Positions 1 through 8,808 are shown, numbered from the stretch's first letter. The stretch is DNA of 38,376 nucleotides from Oligoflexales bacterium (GCA_045105515.1 JBGCDR010000234.1:1-38376); one strand, 5' to 3'. Program-made: numbers and translations. Notes: generated from the letters alone by a model not told the origin.

Positions 1-118
1 GTTGATATTTTTTAGTTTCATGCCCACAGATTTCCTGAATTCATATGTAAATTCAGCATAATACCTAATCTGTGCGAAAATTGATTTTTAATATGTCTTC
101 GGCTTGTATGACGAGTTT

Positions 119-331
119 TTAGAGTTCAGTCAGTGCTCCTGAATACCTTACCTTTGATAAATCAAAGTCATAGAACTCTTGAAGCTGCGCTTGCAAACTG
201 GGATCAATACTTTTCCATTCAAGGCTTTGATTGTATAAAAAGAGCTTTGCGCTTAGAACGCTAAATGAGGCGTTTCCACAAGCTGGAAAAAAAATGACAA
301 TGACGAATAGTATAAAACCTATACGCATCAC
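119..331 (-). pseudogene. Short or truncated lipoprotein, possibly a DUF4157-like N-terminal fragment
   Basis: Hydrophobic signal ending FFPAC (lipobox-like), then IDPSLQAQLQEFYDFDLSKVRYS, which resembles the start of DUF4157-type domains. Stops after 70 aa. Confidence 0.35.
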
Positions 332-420
332 AAACTCTCAAATTTGATTTGAACACCAATAACCATATAATTTTTCGTAATTTATGAGTTTGATCTTTAA
401 TCAAGCTTATAAAGGGTGGG

Positions 421-456
421 AGTTGTGGGGATTTTCTCTAATATTTCCCCACAACT
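421..456. repeat. 11-bp perfect inverted repeat (hairpin or operator)
   Basis: agttgtgggga (421-431) pairs with tccccacaact (446-456), 14-nt loop, intergenic. Confidence 0.7.
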
Positions 457-767
457 AAAGTGGTAAGATGCATTGTGGATCTGGGGTAAGCATGTGTGTT
501 CGTATAAGACCCCTTATACAAATAAACAGGCAAGATAACTACATAGTCGAAAAACTCACAATTTTTATGACCCAAGCTTATACCTTCTGACTTTCATTCA
601 GAAAAAATCCTAGCAATAAAAATTACCACTTTGTTCTCAAACACTGAGAAAAATATCTGCTATGAATAGGCTTAAGACTAACCTAGCTAGATCTTGTGAA
701 TCAAAGGCTAATAAGCTATAAACATTGGTCATTATAAGTAAAAAAACACTCTAGCAAGGAGTTGAAT

Positions 768-1006
768 ATGAAAATCTTAATTATCCAACTGTTTTTTGGT
801 ATGAAATAAATTCTTGCAAATGAAGCAGTTGCCCATGAGCATCCCATTGTCCATATCCATACAAGCAAAGGGCCAGTATTAACTATGGCTTTTTACTCTA
901 TCTTGTCATAGCTATGGTCTTAGTTTCTTATATTGGCAAGAATTTGCTCATTAAAAATGATAGATGCATTTCGTTTGGCCACATTTTCCTTGCTGCTAGT
1001 TTTTAA
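768..1006 (+). pseudogene. Disrupted small exported His-rich membrane protein
   Basis: RBS AAGGAG then ATG768 MKILIIQLFFGMK*(TAA807)ILANEAVA-HEHPIVHIHTSK. A frameshift at GGG 870-872 continues ASINYGFLLYLVIAMVLVSYIGK (TM-like helix). Confidence 0.45.
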
Positions 1007-1285
1007 AACTTAAATCACGGAACTGTTGGAGAATTATCACAATCCTGAAAACATCCGGGTTATGGTAAGTAAAATGCTGGAGACTAGCAAGAAAGGTAAA
1101 GTATGGAAACTCATGGAGATATGCGAATGATCTTTATACACACAAGAATCAATAGCGGGAAAAATGCGGGAGATGCCCTAACGTCCCTAAGAGACTGGGC
1201 ATGTCTGTGTATGCCTGTGTTAAGATTTTAAAGACGGTAGCCTTGCGCTTATTCAATTCAAGCTGCTTATCTTAAAGGAAAAAAT

Positions 1286-2899
1286 ATGCCCAGGTCCCCT
1301 ATTTTGCGAGGAACGTTGAGTTTAGTCTTACTCATTGTAACAATTGTCCCCGCCTGCCGCACTACTGACGATGAGCCTGTCAGTATTAGTAAGAATAAGA
1401 ATAAGAATAAGAAAAAGAAAAAACCTCGCAGCTTCCTTATACCGACCAAGAAAGAGTCAAAGCAGGGAATAGAGGTCAACTTTAGGGGACATGCATTCAA
1501 GCTACAAACCGCAGATTTAGATATTAGTGAAAATGAAAAACCCCTTCCCTCATTTGCTAGAACCCACTTGAGCTCTGGAGATGAAAATAAGTTTCTAATA
1601 GATTCGGCCAGGATCAATAGCAAAATGTACTTAGAAGGTATAAGCGACAAACTTCGAGGAGAGGCCAAGCCATGTTTTGCTTTTATTTTTGATGATTTTT
1701 CCCAAGAATTGTTTCTTTTTAAAGACTATCAGCTAATCGACCAGTTTCTTCGCACCGGTAGTAGTCCTGTGCTGGTCAGCCTCACCGGTAAAATATGCGT
1801 CGACACTAAAAATTTGATCAGCAAGATTATTCTCGATAGTCGTTTTAACAGTGAGGATATGCTGAGCAATCTAAGCTACCTGCTAAACTTGGACCAAGCT
1901 AAGAACCAAAAGTCCCTTGCGAAAAGTGGCTTGGCTGAACTATATAAAAGTTTAGGGCTTCCTGATCTGGTGGAACAAGCCTTAGTCCATAAGCCTGGAA
2001 ACAGGCTTGGGTCTCATCTAGGTGCACATAATCTATTTCGAAATAGAGTGTGGAAGAAGGTCCTGGAAAGCAGCAAGGTCCTGCGCAGTCGACAGAAAAA
2101 ATCTCCGAGCTCTAATAAAGACCACTGGCAGATTTTATATCAAAGAAACCAGCATGCTCTTGTGCGCCATGGCGTTAAACTTGCAGAAGTCTTACTTAGC
2201 AACGAACTGAGTAAAAGATCTAAGTATATCGCTGGCGGATTGGCGTACCTGAAGACTCTGCTGACAGGGAAGGATAAAGGCAAGCTCAAGAACCAGGTGG
2301 AGTTTACTTATATAAGCCCTTTATATGATGGTAGCCTTGCTACTAGCGAAACTTGGAAAATCATTCCAGCCTCGCTGAGCAAGACCGAAATTATTATTCA
2401 ATTTTCCGAGGGATTAGGATTTCTCCATGCGCAGAAATTGATCCACGGGAGTCTACAACTTGATAAACTCTTGTTTGATGGAAGAAGCGAACACCTGCTC
2501 CTCACTGATCTAAGTCACAGCAAAAACATCAAGGATGGCCTTGTTAAACGAGACAATACCGCACACCCCAATAAGACATACCTAGCCCATGAAGTGAGGG
2601 AGAATAAACCTTTTGACCCTTTTAAGGCAGAAGTATACAGCTGGGGCCTTGTTGCACTAGAAATCAAGCACGGAGGAAACAGGCCAGTCCTCAAAGAGAA
2701 TTTTAAGACCAAAATAGATAAACCAAGCACCAGCTATCTGCCAAAGAAAAAGCCTTCATATCGCGGAGCATTGGTTGCAAGTATGAAACTGGATCTGAAA
2801 TTGCCTTTGGATCGCCTAATTTTTGATGCCCTGAATCCTAAGCCCAATGAACGACCCAGTATGGAAATGGTACTTGCTAGCTTAAAGAAAAAGAAATAG
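1286..2899 (+). CDS. Lipoprotein with C-terminal Hanks-type protein-kinase-like domain (probable pseudokinase)
   Basis: Signal peptide with lipobox VPAC. C-lobe motifs GLGFLHAQKLIHGSLQLDKLL, LTDLS, YLAHE, AEVYSWGLVALEI and PNERPS align with kinase subdomains VIa-XI. Confidence 0.8.
   Translation: MPRSPILRGTLSLVLLIVTIVPACRTTDDEPVSISKNKNKNKKKKKPRSFLIPTKKESKQGIEVNFRGHAFKLQTADLDISENEKPLPSFARTHLSSGDENKFLIDSARINSKMYLEGISDKLRGEAKPCFAFIFDDFSQELFLFKDYQLIDQFLRTGSSPVLVSLTGKICVDTKNLISKIILDSRFNSEDMLSNLSYLLNLDQAKNQKSLAKSGLAELYKSLGLPDLVEQALVHKPGNRLGSHLGAHNLFRNRVWKKVLESSKVLRSRQKKSPSSNKDHWQILYQRNQHALVRHGVKLAEVLLSNELSKRSKYIAGGLAYLKTLLTGKDKGKLKNQVEFTYISPLYDGSLATSETWKIIPASLSKTEIIIQFSEGLGFLHAQKLIHGSLQLDKLLFDGRSEHLLLTDLSHSKNIKDGLVKRDNTAHPNKTYLAHEVRENKPFDPFKAEVYSWGLVALEIKHGGNRPVLKENFKTKIDKPSTSYLPKKKPSYRGALVASMKLDLKLPLDRLIFDALNPKPNERPSMEMVLASLKKKK
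1391..1423 (+). repeat. In-frame hexamer microsatellite (AAGAAT)3(AAGAAA)2 encoding KNKNKNKKKKK
   Basis: Read directly from the sequence. Confidence 0.85.
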
Positions 2900-2923
2900 C
2901 TTTTTTCTTTATTAAACCTTTCC

Positions 2924-3116
2924 GTCATCCCGAGCAGAGATTTAAGTCATCCCGGCAGAGATTTAAGTCATCCCGAGCAGAGTCGAGGGATCTCAGGTGC
3001 TTATAAGGAGACCTCTCCATTACAGTCGAGGTGACAGGTCTTCGATGTAGGAGAGAGGTGACTAGGGTCCTATTAACTGGATTTTCTCCGTTCGCTTCCT
3101 CGTCTGTCGAAATGTC
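2924..3116. repeat. REP-like palindromic element cluster with tandem duplication of the left arm
   Basis: gtcatcccgagcagagatttaa (2924), gtcatcccggcagagatttaa (2946), gtcatcccgagcagagtcgagggatctc (2967-2994), imperfect inverted arm gagacctctccattacagtcgaggtgac (3008-3035), further arm at 3079-3116. Homologous to 8606-8801. Confidence 0.8.
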
Positions 3117-3233
3117 TTGTTATTTGCCTTCCGCTAAGCCGAACTGAATTGATTATTTCGCTTTCACTTAGTTAAGAATTAAGTTAAAGCCAACAGAAAA
3201 ACTTTACTCCTATTAAACTGATGAGGGTATTAC

Positions 3234-4799
3234 ATGCTGGGTCCACTGCATCAAAAGCAATTCGAATATGATTTTATCTCCCACTTTCAAGGAGATGATA
3301 GCTACCTTAAAACACCTAGACAAACACCTGACGTTTTCTATTGCTTGACTCAGCCGCAGGCTACAATAGCTCCCAGCCTTATAGCAGCAAGCAGTAAGCT
3401 CATGCAGGATTTCTCCATAGAGGAACCTCTTTCTCAACGAGATGTGGCAATTCTTGGCGGTAATTGTCAGGATCTAAATCTAAAGCCCTATGCAGTTTGT
3501 TATGGCGGTCATCAATTTGGCCACTGGGCAGGCCAACTCGGGGATGGACGGGCAATCTGCCTGGGTGAGCTTACTGACAAGAATAAAAATCTTTGGGAAG
3601 TACAGCTTAAGGGCGCAGGGCTCACCCCATACTCACGCTCTGCTGACGGTAAGGCAGTCTTACGTTCCTCTGTACGTGAATACCTTATGAGCGAAGCCAT
3701 GCATCACTTAGGCGTGGAGACTACCCGAGCTATTTCACTAGTTGGCACCGGGGAAGCTGTGGTCCGCGACATGTTCTATGACGGTAGAGCAGCCGACGAG
3801 CCGGGAGCAGTGGTTTGTCGGCTTGCACCCAGCTTTCTTCGCTTTGGTAACTTTGAGCTGTTTGCTTCACGACAAGATAAAGCTGGCCTTATGCAGCTTT
3901 GCCAATATGTGATTAAGAGGTTTTTCCCTAGTATTGATCCGATGGATGAACAAGCTTACCGGCAATTTATCAAAATCCTTGGCAAAAAAACTGTTGAACT
4001 AATAGTTGAATGGCAGAGAGTTGGTTTTACTCATGGTGTGATGAACACCGACAACATGTCTGCTATAGGACTTACTATTGATTATGGGCCATATTCGATG
4101 CTTGACCGCTTTTATCAAGAATTCACTCCCAACACCACCGACCTTCCTGGTAGGCGTTATGCCTTTGGTGCCCAGCCTTCCATTGCTATTTGGAACGTCC
4201 TCCGTCTAGTAGATTGTTTTAAAATTATTGAGGACCAAGATACGTTCCAAGAGGAGTTGACTGAAGAACTAAAAGAACACTTCTATAAGAGCTATGGCAC
4301 GATGATGGCAAAAAAAATGGGACTTTCTCAGTTGAAAGAGAAAAAGAGAATACCCATCATTAACGATTTTTTACACCTACTTGAGGAAGGAGGCCTAGAC
4401 TACACCAATGGCTTCCAATGCCTGAGGACTGCAGCCTCAAAGGATAGGAGTAATTTTTCGGAGAAACTTGCAAGCACTTCTTACCGCACCTTAGATGCTG
4501 TTATCAATGAGCTCTTAGTAAGCTTTACCCGTGAGTACCTACAAGCTTTCACTTCACAAGCAAACCCTAGCCAAGCTCAAGATGAAATGGCAAAGTCAAA
4601 CCCTGTCTTTACTCTACGTAACTATCTCCTGTTTGAAGCAATTGCCGAATTGACAGAAGGAAAACGTACAATCTTTGAGCAGTTGGAAACCGCAATTCAA
4701 AACCCTTACCAAATGACAGCTGATCCTAAGCTTTGTGATAATGCCCCAGACTGGGCGGAGAGAATGCCTGGCTGTTCACAGCTATCTTGCAGTTCTTAA
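3234..4799 (+). CDS. selO: Protein adenylyltransferase SelO/YdiU
   Basis: YGGHQFGHWAGQLGDGRA, QLKGAGLTPYSRSADGKAVLRSSVRE, GFTHGVMNTDNMS, IDYGPY and C-terminal GCSQLSCSS. Confidence 0.97.
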   Translation: MLGPLHQKQFEYDFISHFQGDDSYLKTPRQTPDVFYCLTQPQATIAPSLIAASSKLMQDFSIEEPLSQRDVAILGGNCQDLNLKPYAVCYGGHQFGHWAGQLGDGRAICLGELTDKNKNLWEVQLKGAGLTPYSRSADGKAVLRSSVREYLMSEAMHHLGVETTRAISLVGTGEAVVRDMFYDGRAADEPGAVVCRLAPSFLRFGNFELFASRQDKAGLMQLCQYVIKRFFPSIDPMDEQAYRQFIKILGKKTVELIVEWQRVGFTHGVMNTDNMSAIGLTIDYGPYSMLDRFYQEFTPNTTDLPGRRYAFGAQPSIAIWNVLRLVDCFKIIEDQDTFQEELTEELKEHFYKSYGTMMAKKMGLSQLKEKKRIPIINDFLHLLEEGGLDYTNGFQCLRTAASKDRSNFSEKLASTSYRTLDAVINELLVSFTREYLQAFTSQANPSQAQDEMAKSNPVFTLRNYLLFEAIAELTEGKRTIFEQLETAIQNPYQMTADPKLCDNAPDWAERMPGCSQLSCSS

Positions 4800-4803
4800 T
4801 GGG

Positions 4804-4827
4804 GAAGTAGGAAAATATTTCCTCTTC
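4804..4827 (+). terminator. Possible hairpin after selO
   Basis: gaag-t-aggaaa ata tttcct-cttc bulged stem just after the stop, without a clear U-tract. Confidence 0.3.
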
Positions 4828-4895
4828 GGACTTGAGTATTTGGACCGACACTCTGCTTAGAAGTTTAAACTTCCACATTAAGTAATGGGTGCATT

Positions 4896-5321
4896 ATGCC
4901 TAAATCCGAAAATCTAGCTTCCCCTTCGTCCTCGAAGCCTTTCGTAGAAAAGCTTGTTCTTCGGGGATCTCTTGCAAGTGTATGGGTAATGGGCTGCTTT
5001 GCAAGCTGCCCTTTATCTGGTGCTCAGATAGTGACTTGTAGCAGAAATAAGCTTGCCGCAAGTCACCATTGTGTACTTGAAGCAACTCATGATGAAAAAA
5101 TGGAAATAGGAGGAACTGTGGTCACCTACAGGAAGGGCTCATACTGGGCTGGCACTGGTACCATCATCAGCAGTCGCGGAGAGTATGCCATAGCAGAGTT
5201 TAAAGACTATATAGGCATCCTTCATAAGGGAATGACTGCTTATATCTACCGTGAAAATGAGCTGGGAATTTCCGATTGGCGTCACACATTTTCAAAGAGT
5301 GAAGCTTTGCCATACCGGTGA
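4896..5321 (+). CDS. Hypothetical protein, probably exported, beta-rich
   Basis: 141-aa ORF filling the gap between selO and a convergent gene, with a hydrophobic N-proximal stretch and Cys residues. Confidence 0.6.
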   Translation: MPKSENLASPSSSKPFVEKLVLRGSLASVWVMGCFASCPLSGAQIVTCSRNKLAASHHCVLEATHDEKMEIGGTVVTYRKGSYWAGTGTIISSRGEYAIAEFKDYIGILHKGMTAYIYRENELGISDWRHTFSKSEALPYR

Positions 5322-5347
5322 AACCCACCAAAATCGTGGCTTTGATC

Positions 5348-6334
5348 TTAATCGCTTGCATCTTTATTGAATTCAGTGAATCCTTCTATTTTACTATCTA
5401 CAATGCTTACAATATTAGCAATGTTTTCTGTTACAGCCTCTAATGTTATCGTTTGGAGTTCAAAGGTATTTAAGCCAGCTCCTGTACAGTTTGCAATATC
5501 TGTGGAAACTAAAGTGCTTGCATCCATACAGTAAGTTGCGTTAGTCGTGCAAGAACCACCAATAGATAGCTGCCCTTCAATATAGATGTAGGTTTCATTG
5601 GAGCGAAAATGTACTCCACAACTTAAGGAATAGCCTCCCAGGGTTCCCGCAGTAGTTACCTCAATTCCACTGGTATCAGAGCCTTTAACATGCATCACGT
5701 TTGCAGATGGTCCGCTTGCACCATGGTCTGTAGGATTCGCTTGATACCCTACCGTCCAAACATCTACGGAAGTACCATCTTTCAGTGCATTCGCTGCAAC
5801 ATAAATACCTTCTTCAGTAGAGCTACCTGTTTTATCGATCAAATAAAAATTTGTATCATCGAGGCCAAAGGCTAGTTCTGCTGTTTCATTTAATTTTTCA
5901 TTGCATTGGAATTTGTAAGTTATCGACTCTCCTGATGGCATAGCTGCTGCAATGGTATACTCACTAGCCGAATCTTCTAGACATGCTCTTGCACTATCTT
6001 GTGCTCTTGCATCCAGAGATGTCATTCTTTCGTCCACACTTTTTAACCGAGCAATCGGGCTTGGGCCACCATTGGTGGGATAGAGGTAGTTTTTGATTGT
6101 ACTCACCATAGTATCCGAAGTTGCAGCACCATCTTCATCAGTCTTATTAACTAGATCAGTATTGTTAAGTATTTTTAAAGAGGCCGATGTAGTCATACCA
6201 TCAGGCATGTTTCTAGTTACAGGTGGTTCTACTTGAGGAGCACCAATGCTATAGCCATCTTTTTCATCGCCGCAAGCGATAAGATTAAAGAAGAAACAAA
6301 ACGATAAGCTAACTGATATCCGCCTTTTATCCAC
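5348..6334 (-). CDS. Hypothetical lipoprotein (Cys-containing, Thr/Ser/Asp-rich)
   Basis: GTG start with GGAGG RBS, lipobox LIAC, 328 aa. Confidence 0.85.
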   Translation of the reverse strand: MDKRRISVSLSFCFFFNLIACGDEKDGYSIGAPQVEPPVTRNMPDGMTTSASLKILNNTDLVNKTDEDGAATSDTMVSTIKNYLYPTNGGPSPIARLKSVDERMTSLDARAQDSARACLEDSASEYTIAAAMPSGESITYKFQCNEKLNETAELAFGLDDTNFYLIDKTGSSTEEGIYVAANALKDGTSVDVWTVGYQANPTDHGASGPSANVMHVKGSDTSGIEVTTAGTLGGYSLSCGVHFRSNETYIYIEGQLSIGGSCTTNATYCMDASTLVSTDIANCTGAGLNTFELQTITLEAVTENIANIVSIVDSKIEGFTEFNKDASD

Positions 6335-6365
6335 GATTTCCTCCTTAAATTTTGTTGCAAAAAAA

Positions 6366-6392
6366 CCGTCGGCATCTAGTTGGTGATATTAA
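6366..6392 (-). promoter_or_regulatory. Sigma-28-like promoter candidate
   Basis: TTAA-N15-GCCGACGG on the minus strand, upstream of the lipoprotein gene. Confidence 0.35.
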
Positions 6393-6697
6393 ATAGGCAA
6401 AACTTACTATTCATCAAAATATTTCCCTGCTTATCCTTTTTGGTATCATGTAAACGTGGGTTTTCCTGCTTTTTAAATAGATCCAATTGCCAATCCAGAA
6501 AATAATCCTCAGACTCATGATAAAACGAATCTGAAAACTTTCCTCCCAGCTTGTTGATGTTTTTAGCTAAAGGCTCAAGCTGCTCGGATAGTTTTTCTCT
6601 CGAACAGAAAATGGTAAACTTCTATTTTTTAATGGAAATAAGACTTGATGTACATCTTGAGGGTGTTAATCTTACAGATTTATAGATCTGAATTAAG

Positions 6698-7858
6698 CTA
6701 AAACAGCTTGGTAAAAAACCTGGCTAAATTGGTTTTAAAAATAAAGCCCAGATAAAAACTGCCTGAATTTGAGATGAAATTAATTCTATTATTATTAGCC
6801 AATATTTCTTCCTGGTTATAATGATCAACAGACTTTTTGAAGTTAAAAAGAGGTCCGGAAAAAATAAAATAAAATTCAGCTCCTTGGAAAAGGCCCGAAC
6901 GAGTAAATTCATTAGTTTTGTTTAGGAATACTAGTTTTAAGAAATATCCCATTTGTTCGATAAAAACTTTTCCGGTTACGCTCTGTAGGTAAGCGTCAGC
7001 ATGACTGTAGTTTGCACCTTCAGGATCAAACCTTAAAATAGAGATTTTGCTTTGGAATCTTCTAAAACTAATCCCTAGATTTGATTTAAAAGCATGAAAT
7101 TCACGCGCTAGACTCCATTGCCATTCTAAAAACCATGATCCTGTAGCAAAGTCTTCCAAGCCTCCTCGGCCAATTTCTCCAACCTCACCATTCAAAATTG
7201 TTGTTTCAAGATTTAGATCATGGCCTAAACGATAATAATAATCGACTCCAGCTGCATAACTATAAAAGTTGCCTCCTGTTATTATCATTGGTGCGATATT
7301 TAGATGAAATTTGTGCTTATTTAGGACCGGGGAAACTTCATCCATATCGTAACTAAGAAATGAATGATAGGTCATACTTTCTCTTTGTTTTCCAAAATCG
7401 GAAAACAGTGCCCGGCATGTAGCAATAACAGTAGCCCTTGTGATTTTGGCAAAAGAGGAACTTAAAGAAGCCTCTGCATGATAAAGCTCTCCCCCTTTAT
7501 CATAAGCATCCAAAAATAGTGTTTTTTCATATTGATAGTATCTACCATCTTCCTGTTCTTCTATTTTCCAAGATAATGTTATTTTTAAACAATTGTTAAG
7601 TTTTTTTCTTGCTACCTCAAAGCCTTTTATAGCTGCGACGTCTTTGCATACATTCACCCATTTGTTTTCTTTCTTTTGCTCTCTATTTCTATTGATTGCC
7701 GGCCCAATACATAATGGCTTCTTGAATTTCCCGATTGTCCCTTCACTATCAACTGTTACCGGAATGGTCTGACTAGCAGCATTTCTTTCAAACAAAGCAA
7801 CTATGATAATTAAAGCTGTTCTCATTAAATTTCTATGCGAAAAATACATCTTATTCAC
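6698..7858 (-). CDS. Exported hypothetical protein: N-terminal soluble domain plus putative outer-membrane beta-barrel
   Basis: Signal-like N-terminus (..NAAS-QT). The C-terminal half has alternating aromatic/hydrophobic strands (YAAGVDYYY, WFLEWQW, FYLGFIF) and ends in Phe. Confidence 0.65.
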   Translation of the reverse strand: MNKMYFSHRNLMRTALIIIVALFERNAASQTIPVTVDSEGTIGKFKKPLCIGPAINRNREQKKENKWVNVCKDVAAIKGFEVARKKLNNCLKITLSWKIEEQEDGRYYQYEKTLFLDAYDKGGELYHAEASLSSSFAKITRATVIATCRALFSDFGKQRESMTYHSFLSYDMDEVSPVLNKHKFHLNIAPMIITGGNFYSYAAGVDYYYRLGHDLNLETTILNGEVGEIGRGGLEDFATGSWFLEWQWSLAREFHAFKSNLGISFRRFQSKISILRFDPEGANYSHADAYLQSVTGKVFIEQMGYFLKLVFLNKTNEFTRSGLFQGAEFYFIFSGPLFNFKKSVDHYNQEEILANNNRINFISNSGSFYLGFIFKTNLARFFTKLF

Positions 7859-7952
7859 CTTCTAAATACTTGTATAGACTATTCTTATACTAACACATCT
7901 AAATCATATAAGTTTTTGTTGTTTGTTGGATTGAAAACTAAGTATGGAACAT

Positions 7953-7980
7953 TCAAGTACCAAGAGATTCAAGCCGACAA
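7953..7980 (+). promoter_or_regulatory. Sigma-28-like promoter candidate
   Basis: TCAAG-N15-GCCGACAA, 37 nt upstream of ATG 8018. Confidence 0.5.
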
Positions 7981-8017
7981 TCCGGTATAGAAAAATGTAA
8001 AAATAACGGGACAGGAC

Positions 8018-8576
8018 ATGAATAAGAAAAATATATCTTGTTTAATTGTAGATGATGAAGAATGGGTACGGGACGTTTTTAATTGAAAACTGCAAGGATC
8101 GTTTTCGTAACTTAGTTACAGCAGACACTGGGGAACAAGCGATAGAAAAAATACAAGAATCCAACTTTGATTTAGTTCTTCTTGATTTAAAAATGCCAGG
8201 AATGTCGGGACTCCAGGTTTTTGAAGAGATTAAAAATCTCAGTCCAAATTCTCTAGTAATCATTCAAACTGGATTCGGAACAAAAGATCATGTAAAAAAG
8301 GCTATACATTTGGGAGCTTTTGATTATATCGAAAAGCCTTATGAACGCACTTTATTAGGGAAGACTCTAGATAGAGCGATTCAGAAGATTCACCTCGAAA
8401 AAATGAACAACGAAATTTTAGAATATTTGTTGCTCACCCTCACCGAAATAGACCTCAAAGAATATCAAGAGATGGAAAAAGAAAAGAAAAGCTTACTTTT
8501 AGAGCAAGTCCTCGGTGTTTTGCGAGTTCAGCGTTTAAACTTACTTAAGAAAAAGAAAAATGATAAGTCTGCTTGA
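8018..8576 (+). pseudogene. Response regulator (NtrC-like receiver plus short helical tail) with a +1 frameshift near the 5' end
   Basis: AGGA RBS and ATG8018 give MNKKNISCLIVDDEEWVRDVFN*. Removing one T from T5 (8076-8080) joins it to LIENCK..FDLVLLDLKMPG..IIQTGFG..GAFDYIEKP of ORF 8052..8576. Confidence 0.85.
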
Positions 8577-8605
8577 TTATCTATATCAATGGGTTTGCAT
8601 GCAAA

Positions 8606-8801
8606 GGATTTCTCCAATCGCTTTCGCTCCGTCGAAATGACACATTCCATACCAGAGCCTTCTGTTAATAGGATTCCATACAGTAAGGCTTGTTAGGGGA
8701 TCTCCTGCAAGATATATCTTATTAGGTGGACCCTATTCGCTTTCGCTCAGTCAGAATGCCCCAGTCATCCCGAGCGTAGTCGAGGGATCTCCTGCAAGAT
8801 A
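8606..8801. repeat. Second REP-like palindromic element cluster, between convergent genes
   Basis: ggatttctccaatcgctttcgctccgtcgaaatgac (8606-8641), gtcatcccgagcgtagtcgagggatctc (8764-8791), and an 18-bp direct repeat gggatctcctgcaagata at 8697 and 8784. Confidence 0.8.
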
Positions 8802-8808
8802 ACTTGAT

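Noticed and set aside
1014..1130. Coding-like fragment ITELLENYHNPENIRVMVSKMLETSKKGKVWKLMEICE*
   Set aside because: It has no clear start or recognisable family and is too short to call. It may be a gene remnant.
1267..1668. 133-aa minus-strand ORF with FFFFLFLFLFL stretch
   Set aside because: It is the antisense of the pseudokinase K/N microsatellite.
2924..2994. 21-22 bp repeats as a CRISPR array
   Set aside because: The units are head-to-tail with no unique spacers, there are no cas genes, and the unit is the arm of a palindromic element also found at 8764.
4770..4799. Selenocysteine recoding in selO
   Set aside because: The C-terminus is CSQLSCSS followed by TAA, with no in-frame TGA.
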